Virus record (IMG/VR): IMGVR_UViG_3300027863_000132
Location: 1 to 29,703 of that record
Direction: 5' to 3' (one strand)
Origin: a virus
Taxonomy: Duplodnaviria > Caudoviricetes
DNA: 29,703 nt
Below, one piece after another: positions 6,617 to 14,873 of the stretch; position 1 is the first letter of the stretch; every line of letters begins with the position of its first letter. Below the pieces are notes generated by a model. That model had not been told where the DNA came from. It did not search any database and saw only the letters and a list, made by a program, of their open reading frames with translations. A program made the position numbers and the translations under genes.

Positions 6617-9132
6617 CAGGCCATCCCCGCGAGTCCGCGCCGACGGCGTCGGTCGGCAATGTCCATGCCCCGCGTGGTGTACGGCTCGATCTGGCGTCCG
6701 AACCGCGCAATGTCGCTCACGACAACTCCCTGCGGGAAGTGCTGGTGGTTGTGGTAGTGGACCTCTTGCGTGACGGTCGCGCTGCCGCCACGTGACAGGA
6801 TACCTGCCTCGCGCAGCACCGCAGTCTGCCGACCGGGATCGTTCAGCGGCACGACGGCCTCGGGGCCTTTCTCACCGATGAGGGCGATCTCGGGACGACG
6901 GACGACGGCACCGGCAGCATGGGCGGCCATTGTTGGTAGTTTGCCGGTCGCCTGGATGGAGATCTGGACGAAGCGCGGGATGCCTGCCAGCTGTGACTTG
7001 ACGGCGCTGATGGTCCCGGAAGCGTTGTTGGTCGCGTCGATAGTTGGGCGCGCGGTCTGGCTGGTCAGCGCCGCGAGGTCAGCCCGAGCCTTCTTGAGCT
7101 TGGCGCGCAGCGATGCGTCGCGGGCATCCAGCTTGGGGTTGCCCTTGACGTTGCCGAGGGCCTTGATCTGAGCCCGCAGGTGGTCAACGCGCTTCTGGGC
7201 CTGCACGGCCTGGTCGGAGCTTACCCGGAGATTCCAGACGGCCAGCTGCTGCGGCGTGAGGGACTTCTTCCATGCCCGCAGCTGCTGCATACCCTGCTTG
7301 GTGTCCACGTTGATATGCGCCGGGACGACAATCGGAGGAATCTTCTGGAATGGGTTGGTGACCTCGATAGTGTTCAACATGTTCTGGTGCTGAGATACCA
7401 GCCGATGGCTCGGCATAGGAGACGCCTGACTATACAGTTTGCCCAGTTGCTCCTGGAGCGTCTTGTGACTGGCGGCGAGCGGAAGGTTCCAGTTCTTGGG
7501 GTTGTTGATGAAGTCGCGCAGGCGCTGGACTTTCACCCATGCGGCTGCGTCCTTCAGGTCGAGCGGAATCTTGTAGGTATCCGGGTTCTTCCACTCAGTA
7601 ATGGAGCCGCTATGCTCCAGGATGCGCTTGTCGTTGACTCCGCCCTTGTAGCCAAGTTGATTCCTTGGGTCGTTCATGCTCTTGAGCGTCTTACCAAGGG
7701 CGTAGCCGAGGACAGCCGCAGCGGCCACTGGGATGATGATGGTGGCGGCGGTCGCTACGATACTAGTACCACCGGCCACGGCAGCGGTGCCAGCACCACC
7801 GGCCGCAGCAGACGCGGCTCCGCCGCCCAGGCCGAGTACGCCTCCTAGCAGCTGCGCGCCTCGGATAGCGCCTCCGATTCCCTGGAGGAGCAGGCCACTG
7901 CCACCGGCCGCGAGGCCGCCGATGATGGCGGCTTTCTTGAGTCCGCTGGGGAGTTTGTTGACCAGACCCATGATGCTGGTTAGCACACCGAGGAGGCTGG
8001 TGAAGACGGGCAGGGCTTCACTGCCGAAGTCGATGGCTGCGACCTTCGCCTCCGACAGTGCCTTGTCCCACTTCCACGCAGATGACTGCTTAACGCGGTC
8101 CATCGCCTTGGCGAGGTCGCCGTTTGCTCCCTGGACGCGCTTGATCAGAGCTATGTTCTTCTCGTAGCGGGCGCTGAGGAGGCTCTGGATACCCGTGACG
8201 GCGCGGATGTTGCCGATGGCCTTGCGCCACGCCAGCGGATCGCCCTTGAATGCCTTGTCCATCTCCTCAAATGTCTGGATCAAGCCCTTATTCCTCATGT
8301 CGTCACGGAGCTTGACGTAGGAGAGGCCGTACGCCTTGAGGGTGTCCATGCCCTGCTTCGTGGGGGCCTGGATGGCGTTGATACCCGCGCGCAGAGCGGT
8401 GACTGCCTCGTAGGTAGAGAGGCCGGTCACGGTCATGGCGGCGAGGGTTCCTGCCACCTGGCCGAACGAGACGTGAGCCTTGGCGGCGATGGGGATAATG
8501 CGGCCGAGCGAGGCCGAGAACTCCTGCGGCTCGGCCTTCCCCTCGCGGACAGCCGCGACGAGAATGTCAGTGGCCTTGGCCGCGCTGATGACCTTGGGGC
8601 CGTAGGCAGACATCACCGAGGTGACGGCATCGGCCACATCGAGGGTGTTACCAAGGCCAGCCGCAGCGGCCGTGGCGGAAGCCTTGAGGATGCTGAACGC
8701 CTGGGCGCCCTTGAATCCCGAAGAGGCCACGAAGTAGAGGCCCTCGGCCAAATCCTGGGGCGACTTGCCGATATCCTTGGACAGGGCCAGCACCTGCTGT
8801 CGCCACTGCTCGGTCTGCTTCTGTGACGCCCCCGTGAGCGCGCCGATTCGTGTCAGGGCCTTGTTGTACTTGTAGGCCAGAACGCTGGTAGCTGCGCCCA
8901 CGGCGAGCGTCGGTATCCCAACGTAGTTGGTCAGCGCACGGCCAACATTGGTCATGCCGAGGCCGATGCGCTCCCAGTTGCGGCCAACCCTCTTGGTGGT
9001 CTGCTCCATCGAGGCGCCGGTCTTGGTGCTGGCGCCCTCAAAAGAAGCGATGTCGCGCTGCGCTGAGCGAATGCCCGGACCAGCCGCGTTGATTGCGCGG
9101 ATGACGATGTCCAACTGTGCAACGTCGGTCAT
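6616..9132 (-). CDS. Tail tape measure protein (TP901-family core)
   Basis: 838 aa, Ala-rich and helical. Core SPQDLAEGLYFVASSGF..ADAVTSVMSAYG..ATDILVAAVREGK, hydrophobic Gly/Ala segment, C-terminal AAGAVVRRPEIALIGEKGPEAVVPL. Follows the chaperone pair. Confidence 0.95.
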   Translation of the reverse strand: MTDVAQLDIVIRAINAAGPGIRSAQRDIASFEGASTKTGASMEQTTKRVGRNWERIGLGMTNVGRALTNYVGIPTLAVGAATSVLAYKYNKALTRIGALTGASQKQTEQWRQQVLALSKDIGKSPQDLAEGLYFVASSGFKGAQAFSILKASATAAAAGLGNTLDVADAVTSVMSAYGPKVISAAKATDILVAAVREGKAEPQEFSASLGRIIPIAAKAHVSFGQVAGTLAAMTVTGLSTYEAVTALRAGINAIQAPTKQGMDTLKAYGLSYVKLRDDMRNKGLIQTFEEMDKAFKGDPLAWRKAIGNIRAVTGIQSLLSARYEKNIALIKRVQGANGDLAKAMDRVKQSSAWKWDKALSEAKVAAIDFGSEALPVFTSLLGVLTSIMGLVNKLPSGLKKAAIIGGLAAGGSGLLLQGIGGAIRGAQLLGGVLGLGGGAASAAAGGAGTAAVAGGTSIVATAATIIIPVAAAAVLGYALGKTLKSMNDPRNQLGYKGGVNDKRILEHSGSITEWKNPDTYKIPLDLKDAAAWVKVQRLRDFINNPKNWNLPLAASHKTLQEQLGKLYSQASPMPSHRLVSQHQNMLNTIEVTNPFQKIPPIVVPAHINVDTKQGMQQLRAWKKSLTPQQLAVWNLRVSSDQAVQAQKRVDHLRAQIKALGNVKGNPKLDARDASLRAKLKKARADLAALTSQTARPTIDATNNASGTISAVKSQLAGIPRFVQISIQATGKLPTMAAHAAGAVVRRPEIALIGEKGPEAVVPLNDPGRQTAVLREAGILSRGGSATVTQEVHYHNHQHFPQGVVVSDIARFGRQIEPYTTRGMDIADRRRRRGLAGMA

Positions 9133-9133
9133 C

Positions 9134-9433
9134 TTACATCTCCCACGGCCATCTGCCGGTACGCTGTTTCAGTTGTACTGCCTTTGCCATCTGGTGAGGT
9201 GCATCGTTCGGAAGCTTGCTCTTGTCTAGGTCCTTGTCGAACAGGTTTCTGCGTGCTTGTGCGTACGCGCGCATCCACATTACGTCGCCAGCGAGAAGGA
9301 GCGGCTGCTGCATGGCATCGAGGAGCGATGAGGCCAGCCCCTCTTCGCACATGCGGCTGAGTCGCCACTGTGGTGGCTCCTCTGCGCCCTCGTCTCCGTT
9401 CAGGAAGGAGTCGAGGGCGAGGAGGAGTTTCCC
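9134..9433 (-). CDS. Tail assembly chaperone GT extension (-1 frame)
   Basis: Open -1 frame entered at G GGA AAC and reading on as LLLALDSFLNG...RWPWEM. Stop lies 1 nt before the tape measure start. Confidence 0.8.
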   Translation of the reverse strand, partial: GKLLLALDSFLNGDEGAEEPPQWRLSRMCEEGLASSLLDAMQQPLLLAGDVMWMRAYAQARRNLFDKDLDKSKLPNDAPHQMAKAVQLKQRTGRWPWEM

Positions 9434-9810
9434 AGGTCTTCCCGACTGCGGAGTCCTACAATCTGGAGCGCCGCCCATCGCGCAACGCGAGGCTCAAGTA
9501 GCTTGATGTTCTCGGGCGACACCTCGGCGTCGATGCTCCACGCAACGATGCCTGCACGCAGAACAGAGAAGATGTCCAGCTGCGCCAGAGGATCGGCCGA
9601 CTGACGCTCGATGACGGCCTTTATGTCATCCTCTGAGGCGCCGTCCAGCACTTTCTCGATGTCCAGTGCCTTGGCAGCCTTGACGGCATCTACGGCGGCG
9701 ACCATCTCAGCGCCCTCAATCTCTGCCCACGAGAGCGGCCGGATGTCCAGCCACTCATCCGAGTCAGGAACGTTGACCCTCGTGGTGTACTGCGTGACTA
9801 GCAGGCCCAC
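9400..9810 (-). CDS. Tail assembly chaperone (lambda gpG-like)
   Basis: 136 aa between the tube and tape measure genes. VLRAGIVAWS..VSPENIKLL motif. Ends with DLGN at the slippery site. Confidence 0.85.
   Translation of the reverse strand: MGLLVTQYTTRVNVPDSDEWLDIRPLSWAEIEGAEMVAAVDAVKAAKALDIEKVLDGASEDDIKAVIERQSADPLAQLDIFSVLRAGIVAWSIDAEVSPENIKLLEPRVARWAALQIVGLRSREDLGNSSSPSTPS
9427..9433 (-). other. Programmed -1 ribosomal frameshift heptamer GGGAAAC
   Basis: X XXY YYZ heptamer in the correct phase (CTG GGA AAC), 8 codons before the G stop. The -1 frame is open for 97 further codons. Confidence 0.85.
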
Positions 9811-9812
9811 GG

Positions 9813-10244
9813 TTAGACCTCCGTGACGGCGCCAGTGGCGGTCAGCGTGACCGTGAACATGGTAGGCTGGCCCTTGCTCGGGGTGCGGTCATAGCCGGTG
9901 ATGATCGTCTCGACCTGGGTGTACTTGGTGCCGCCCCAAGTCACCTTGAGGGTGCGGGTGCCGCCGCTGGTAGCGACGCAACCGAGATCCTTGAAGATTG
10001 CATCCGGGCCGGTAGAGGCGGTGTCGTCGTAGAAGCCCTCGATGGTAATCTCATCCATCTGAAGCAGGCCGCCAAAGAGGTTCTTCTGCCAGCCGCCAGC
10101 GCTTGAGCCAAGGGGCGTCACGTCCACCGTCGGGGCGTTGATTTTCACGCCGTTGATTGACGTGATGTACTGCGACATATCGACAAGCGTGCCGCTGGAG
10201 TTGTCGAACTCCACCTTGATGTTCGACCAGTTGTACTGAGCCAC
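9813..10244 (-). CDS. Major tail tube protein
   Basis: 143 aa, GTG start with GGAGGT SD. VDVTPLG..GGLLQMDEITIEGFYDD..IITGYD..FTVTLTATGAVT. Immediately precedes the chaperones. Confidence 0.85.
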   Translation of the reverse strand: MAQYNWSNIKVEFDNSSGTLVDMSQYITSINGVKINAPTVDVTPLGSSAGGWQKNLFGGLLQMDEITIEGFYDDTASTGPDAIFKDLGCVATSGGTRTLKVTWGGTKYTQVETIITGYDRTPSKGQPTMFTVTLTATGAVTEV

Positions 10245-10264
10245 TTCTTACCTCCGGTAGGTGT

Positions 10265-10291
10265 GGCCGCGTCTCTCGCCTGGGAGCGGCC
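10265..10291 (-). promoter_or_regulatory. Conserved leader hairpin upstream of the tail tube RBS
   Basis: mRNA GGCCGC-UCCCAGGCGAGAGAC-GCGGCC. The 15-nt inner segment matches the capsid-leader hairpin at 10/15 positions. Confidence 0.55.
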
Positions 10292-10303
10292 GTTGTTCTT
10301 GTG

Positions 10304-11281
10304 TCAGCGCCTCGCAAACCCCGCGAAGAACGAGAGGGACGGGCTGCTTCCGCTGCCGGTCAACACATAGGCGACTCGGCAGTATTGGCTTATGGGCGTT
10401 CCGGCCGGGATGGCGATGGCTGCCGCAGTAGGAGCGGTGGTGAACGTCGCTGATGCCCCTGAAACGTCGGTGTAGGTGCCGCCGATTGTGGTAGCAGACT
10501 GGAGCTTCACAACCCAGTTGGTGTAGCCACCCAACGTAATCGCCGGTACGTGGACGTGGAGGCTGCCTCCGTTGGCGCGCTGCACGGTGCCGCCCGTGCC
10601 CCCGACAGTCACGTTCACAGGGATAGTGAAGTGCGTCGCGTCTGTGACGGTCACAACGTACGTGCCGTTGATTGACGGCGTCGATCCGGTGTGGCTGGCG
10701 ATGATGACGGTGTCGCCGCTTGCGAGTCCGTGGGCGGATGACGTGGTGATGACTGTTGGGTTAGCGACGCTAGACGAAGAGACGGAAACCGGTGCCCCGC
10801 CGCAGTCGGCCCCGGCCTGGTTGCTTGCGCTCGTTACGACGGTACCAGCGGGAGCTAGGATGACACCTTCCTCGCGGCCGTATGACCCGGCCGACTCATA
10901 GCTGATGTCCTGGACAACGACCTCGCCTTTGTTGACGCCGCGCCTCTCCGCAGACACCAACATCGACGGGTACCCGAAGAATGGCTGGCCCAGAGCGTTT
11001 CCTGCCAACGCCCACGCAACCGGACAACTGGATGCCAGATTGCCGAAGCTCGCGTCGCGGATGAATGCGTTGGTAGCCTGCGCGGAATCGTCGTAGACGA
11101 CGGTCTGCTCAATGGTGGCCGATCTGACACCGCCGAACTGCTTTCGCTCTGCCGTAGCGCCTAGGGGCGTGGTGTCCATCACCGTTGCCGTAGCCTTAGC
11201 GTCGATGGTCAGCATGTAAGGGAGCAGGCTGAAGCCATCGGCCAGAAAAAAGGCAACGTCGGAACTCTTGTACACTGTCAT
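10304..11281 (-). CDS. Tail-tube-like protein with inserted E1-FCCH-like domain and C-terminal beta-sandwich
   Basis: Start at an ATGA overlap (MTVYKSSD). N-terminal DTTPLG..FGGV..IEQTVVYDD resembles the tube gene. ANPTVITTSSAHGLASGDTVII..INGTYVVTVTDATHFTI is FCCH-like. Confidence 0.65.
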   Translation of the reverse strand: MTVYKSSDVAFFLADGFSLLPYMLTIDAKATATVMDTTPLGATAERKQFGGVRSATIEQTVVYDDSAQATNAFIRDASFGNLASSCPVAWALAGNALGQPFFGYPSMLVSAERRGVNKGEVVVQDISYESAGSYGREEGVILAPAGTVVTSASNQAGADCGGAPVSVSSSSVANPTVITTSSAHGLASGDTVIIASHTGSTPSINGTYVVTVTDATHFTIPVNVTVGGTGGTVQRANGGSLHVHVPAITLGGYTNWVVKLQSATTIGGTYTDVSGASATFTTAPTAAAIAIPAGTPISQYCRVAYVLTGSGSSPSLSFFAGFARR

Positions 11282-11511
11282 GCTTGCTCTCCTTGTGCGC
11301 CGCAATCGGGGCAGAACCAGAGTATCTTGGTGCTACCTGCGGTCTGTCTCGTTACTTTGCGGGGATGTGAACACTCCGCTGCCGCAGGCTCACGCAGTTC
11401 GGCCGATTCGTTGCCCTCACAGCGCTTTAGGGTCGCATCAATAGACATAGATAGGCTGAAGAGCGTGTCGCGGATGACACGCAGCTGCCCGACGATCTCA
11501 GCGTCCTGCAT
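11278..11511 (-). CDS. Small Zn-finger protein (CxH...CxxC)
   Basis: 77 aa with ECSHP and WFCPDCG, overlapping both neighbours. Confidence 0.55.
   Translation of the reverse strand: MQDAEIVGQLRVIRDTLFSLSMSIDATLKRCEGNESAELREPAAAECSHPRKVTRQTAGSTKILWFCPDCGAQGEQA
11354..11385 (-). promoter_or_regulatory. Possible weaker late promoter copy (TGCGGCAGCG..., N19, CAAAGT)
   Basis: Same upstream box and 19-nt spacing, but the downstream box is CAAAGT. About 70 nt upstream of the tube-like gene. Confidence 0.35.
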
Positions 11512-11872
11512 GGGTGAACCTCACATCGAAGCGACGACGGCACATACGTCCGCGCTGCTCCTCGTAGTCCGCTACGTCCATGATGTTGACCTCGGCCGTG
11601 CCCCACATCGTCAGGAGTGCATCCTCTAGTGCCTCGGAGATACCGATAACGCTAGTCATGTCTTCATCCCAAAGGTCGATGTAAAAGCGCGGCGTGGATG
11701 CTTTGATGCCCCCGCCAAGTGCGTGCAGCCGTGCACCGCCGACGCGATTGATAACGACACACGGCAGCGTCGGCTCCTCTGGCATCCGGTGATGATAGAC
11801 ACGGGTTCCGACAAGCGCCGATAGGGCGCTGTGGCTCTTCAGGGCGGTAACGAGTGTCGATTCAAAGCTCAT
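11498..11872 (-). CDS. Tail terminator (DUF3168 / tail completion)
   Basis: LSALVGTRVY..PTLPCVVINRVGG..PRFYIDLW pattern. Standard position after the gp10-like gene. Confidence 0.85.
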   Translation of the reverse strand: MSFESTLVTALKSHSALSALVGTRVYHHRMPEEPTLPCVVINRVGGARLHALGGGIKASTPRFYIDLWDEDMTSVIGISEALEDALLTMWGTAEVNIMDVADYEEQRGRMCRRRFDVRFTHAGR

Positions 11873-12339
11873 GCGCCGAACACCGCCGCGAATCGTGCCG
11901 CGAGGTTGGCGGCGAAGTCCATGACGACCTCTTCGCGCGTCTCCTCATAGGCAGGGAGCATGAATGGATGTGGCGCGTTAGTAACGAGTCTGACGTTGCC
12001 AACCTCATCACCTTCCACGCCGATGAAGTGCATATTGCCGCGACTGACGCCGCCGTACTCAAGCTTTCGGGCGTACGGAGCCTCTGCGGAAATCTTGACC
12101 GATGCGCCAGCGCCGGGGCGCGTGACAATATGGCTCGCCAAGTACCCCTGGCCGTACTCGTCCCACGGCGGAGACGGGTAGGCGTAGTCGTGCGGGGCAA
12201 GCTGCCTAGCGACGGCCTCGACCATCTTTCCGCTGGGAAGCAGCTCATCGCGGAGCGATGCTGGATTCTCTAGGATTGCCAGGCAGGCGGCGAGCTTGCG
12301 GTTCACTTCCGTAACGCCCTTTACGTAGACCTCATACAT
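11869..12339 (-). CDS. HK97 gp10-like neck/tail component
   Basis: VKGVTEVNRKL..ARQLAP..GYLASHI..APYARKLEYG..PHPFMLPAYE. Confidence 0.8.
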   Translation of the reverse strand: MYEVYVKGVTEVNRKLAACLAILENPASLRDELLPSGKMVEAVARQLAPHDYAYPSPPWDEYGQGYLASHIVTRPGAGASVKISAEAPYARKLEYGGVSRGNMHFIGVEGDEVGNVRLVTNAPHPFMLPAYEETREEVVMDFAANLAARFAAVFGA

Positions 12340-12727
12340 TTCCGGGGATGACCTTCTCGATGAGCAACTGAGTGAACGTTCCGGTTGGGTCCTGGATAAT
12401 GCTGGTAACGCTCCATGGGAAGCCGTCCCACATCATCCGGTCGCCGTGCTGAATCTCGTTGTACTGGCCGTTCAGGATGACGCGGCGCTGCGTGCGGATT
12501 TGCGTCACCTGGTCAAGTCGTGTCTCCTGCGGACGGATTCTTAGACCCACGTCAACGGGTCCGACGTTAGCGCGCAGATTGTCATGTCCCGGCAGTACCG
12601 CCCATGACTCCTGAATCTCGCCGATGCTGCTCGTGGTGACAGTGGCACGCATGATTGTCACCTCGTCACCGAAGAGGTGATCGAGCGCCATGTTAAGTCG
12701 GTTACCACCAATGGGAACCGAGTTCAC
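12332..12727 (-). CDS. Head closure / head-to-tail stopper
   Basis: GTG start in a GTGA overlap with the adaptor stop. VTIMRAT..IGEIQESW..IQHGDRMMWDG..WSVTSIIQD pattern. Confidence 0.75.
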   Translation of the reverse strand: MNSVPIGGNRLNMALDHLFGDEVTIMRATVTTSSIGEIQESWAVLPGHDNLRANVGPVDVGLRIRPQETRLDQVTQIRTQRRVILNGQYNEIQHGDRMMWDGFPWSVTSIIQDPTGTFTQLLIEKVIPGNV

Positions 12728-13116
12728 AACAGGCCCTCCCGCATGAGCGTCTTCCAATACGTCTCCTCAGCCTGCAAGGCATCGTCGGCGAACGAGGCGC
12801 TTCCGAACGCGGGTGCGTCAGTGCTCATGGAATCGGCATCCTGCCGTAGCTGCGCGGCGCGGGCGCGGAGTTCCTTGGCGACGGCTGGGCCGTCGGTAGC
12901 GAGGCCGAGAATCGTGACCGCCTGTTGCGTGAGGGCTGCGTCCGACGCGATGGTGTCGAGAGCCATCGCAGCGGCGAGCATCACTGACCCGCCCACCATG
13001 GAAAGAAAGGCCGCAATCTCCTCGTCCTGAAAGATTTGGCGGTTCTCGTCTGTGTCGGAGATGAGCAGCCGCACCCGGCCTGCGTCGGTGCTAGTGTCGT
13101 ACGTGAACGTCATCAT
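12724..13116 (-). CDS. Head-to-tail adaptor
   Basis: GRVRLLISDTD..IFQDEEIAAFL..AAAMALDTIA..TDGPAVAKELRARAAQLR, typical of actinophage adaptors. First gene after the capsid gene. Confidence 0.85.
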   Translation of the reverse strand: MMTFTYDTSTDAGRVRLLISDTDENRQIFQDEEIAAFLSMVGGSVMLAAAMALDTIASDAALTQQAVTILGLATDGPAVAKELRARAAQLRQDADSMSTDAPAFGSASFADDALQAEETYWKTLMREGLL

Positions 13117-13130
13117 GCCCCCTAGCTGAC

Positions 13131-13177
13131 GGGGCCGCGCGGTGCAGCGATCCGAAGTCGCTCCTCCGCGCGGCCCC
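13131..13177 (-). terminator. Strong GC hairpin after the capsid gene (terminator or mRNA stabiliser, no U tract)
   Basis: Perfect 12-bp GGGGCCGCGCGG/CCGCGCGGCCCC stem, inner AGCGA/UCGCU stem and a cUUCGg loop on the mRNA strand. Confidence 0.65.
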
Positions 13178-13229
13178 TTACAACGGGACTATCGGCCCTG
13201 CCGACGCCCCGGCTAGCTCACGGCTCCAA

Positions 13230-14423
13230 TCAGGAGCCGGAGCCGTTGCTCGCCACGGCGAGCTTCGGGTCCACGATGGCGACGCCGAAGATATCGCGGA
13301 CCTTGTACCAGACGGCCTCTTGGTCGAAGTCCTCCGGGACCGTGCCGCCACCAAGCTTCTGACTATTGGGCGTCTTCACGAACAGCTCGGGGCCGATGTG
13401 ACCGGCGAGCGGGCTGAACTCCGCAAACGGGCGATTGCCCAGCGCGTTAGCGATGACGAACCATGAGGAGTTGCCGTTGGCGGTAGAGGCGACGTAGGGA
13501 ATGTACGGGTTCACCTGCACCGACAGACGACCGGCCATCCAGTTGGTCGTGACCAGCTGGTTCTGAGCGTTGTACGCGCCGCCGCCCTGCGCCACCTGGA
13601 TTTGGTAGGCGTTCATCAGGATGTTGCGGGCCTTGATTTCAAGCGCAGGCGGAACGACCAGCGTGGCGGCCTCGATGACAATCGGATGGCCATATGCATC
13701 GACCTGCTTGCCCAGGACGAGCATGGCATCACCAAGCGCGTCGATGGTCAGAGCAGGGTTGTTGCTTGCCGCGCCGTTGGTCGTGTTGATCTGGTTCTTG
13801 TTAGCCGTCTTGAAGACGTTAGCGTTGGGGCCGTTTGCGTCCACGAACAGCTGGGCGACTTTGAGGGCCTCGGTGCGCCGCGCGGCGATGGCGAGGCTCT
13901 GCGGCATGTCGGCCAGAGCGCCGAGGTCATCGTTGATTAGCGTTTCGAAGTTCACGCCCCACTTGGTGCCGAACTTGCCGACCTGGAGCGTGATCGGCGT
14001 CTCCTCGGACGGATGCCGCTCAGCGTATTCCTCGCGCTCACCAACGGCCGGGAGCACATCGGTCAAGCCAATCATCCCAAGGCGCTTGGCCTGGCGAAAG
14101 TCGCGGAGCGGGCGACCAAACTTGACGTAGCTCGTCCAGTCAGGAATCCACGCCTGGTAGTAGCTCATCATGCTCCGGTCGAGAACATCCCCGAAGAGAT
14201 AGGGGAAGTCGGAGAGCATACTGGCCTCGCGGAACTCATACAGGCCCTTGTTCTCTCCCGCGACAGCGCGCTCGAAGATGTCCACCGTGGCGTCGATGGC
14301 CTCGATGGAGTGATTGCTACGGCGGGCAAAGCCCTCCTGCTTCTCGCCTCCGAGAAGCTCGTGGACGCGGTCGGCAGAAGCCTGTGCCTCTTCCGTAAGC
14401 GTCTTGAACTCGGTATGGTCCAT
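13230..14423 (-). CDS. Major capsid protein (Mu gpT-like)
   Basis: 397 aa. SDFPYLFGDVLDRSMM..DFRQAK..VGEREEY..KFGTKWGVNFETLINDDLGAL..AARRTE..LVVPPALE. GGAGGT SD. Confidence 0.93.
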   Translation of the reverse strand: MDHTEFKTLTEEAQASADRVHELLGGEKQEGFARRSNHSIEAIDATVDIFERAVAGENKGLYEFREASMLSDFPYLFGDVLDRSMMSYYQAWIPDWTSYVKFGRPLRDFRQAKRLGMIGLTDVLPAVGEREEYAERHPSEETPITLQVGKFGTKWGVNFETLINDDLGALADMPQSLAIAARRTEALKVAQLFVDANGPNANVFKTANKNQINTTNGAASNNPALTIDALGDAMLVLGKQVDAYGHPIVIEAATLVVPPALEIKARNILMNAYQIQVAQGGGAYNAQNQLVTTNWMAGRLSVQVNPYIPYVASTANGNSSWFVIANALGNRPFAEFSPLAGHIGPELFVKTPNSQKLGGGTVPEDFDQEAVWYKVRDIFGVAIVDPKLAVASNGSGS

Positions 14424-14450
14424 CTGTGCCCTACCTCCGGTGGGGACTCA

Positions 14451-14487
14451 GAAGCGGCGGCATCTCTTTCCGGTGAGCCGCAGCTTC
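14451..14487 (-). promoter_or_regulatory. Conserved leader hairpin upstream of the capsid RBS
   Basis: mRNA GAAGC-U-GCGGC-UCACCGGAAAGAGAU-GCCGC-C-GCUUC, followed by ACCGGAGGUA exactly as in the tube leader. Confidence 0.55.
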
Positions 14488-14494
14488 GCTTTTG

Positions 14495-14854
14495 TCAGGT
14501 CGAGAGACGAACGGGGATCGTCGCGGTCGAGCCACTAGTGATTGCCTGAAGGGCGATGCCGAACCTCACGCCCGTATTCTTCTTAGAGAGCTTAGGCGTG
14601 TCGCCCACTACCCAGTAGATGATGTCGCCCACGGCGACGGCGCTGTTGCCTCCGGTATCGACGGCCTTTACCGACAGGTTGAACACCGCTCCGTTCTTGA
14701 CGCACACCGTGGCATTCTGCGTGCCGCTAGAGCCAGTGGCAGTGACGGTCACACCGGGCAGCTGGCCCACGCAGACGGGAGAACCAGCGGCGACGCTCGC
14801 GCCGACGGTCAGAGGGAGAAAATCTCCCTGGTTGTACACTTCGTTTGCAGCCAT
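14495..14854 (-). CDS. Capsid decoration/cement protein (DUF2190-like)
   Basis: VAAGSPVCVGQLPGV..GAVFNLSVKA..AVAVGDIIYW..FGIALQA..ATIPVRL. Lies between the protease and capsid genes with a GGAGGT SD. Confidence 0.85.
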   Translation of the reverse strand: MAANEVYNQGDFLPLTVGASVAAGSPVCVGQLPGVTVTATGSSGTQNATVCVKNGAVFNLSVKAVDTGGNSAVAVGDIIYWVVGDTPKLSKKNTGVRFGIALQAITSGSTATIPVRLST

Positions 14855-14873
14855 TCCGGCCTACCTCCGTTGG

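Noticed and set aside
13117-13229. Hammerhead ribozyme in the post-capsid multi-stem RNA
   Set aside because: No CUGANGA or GAAA catalytic core on the mRNA strand.
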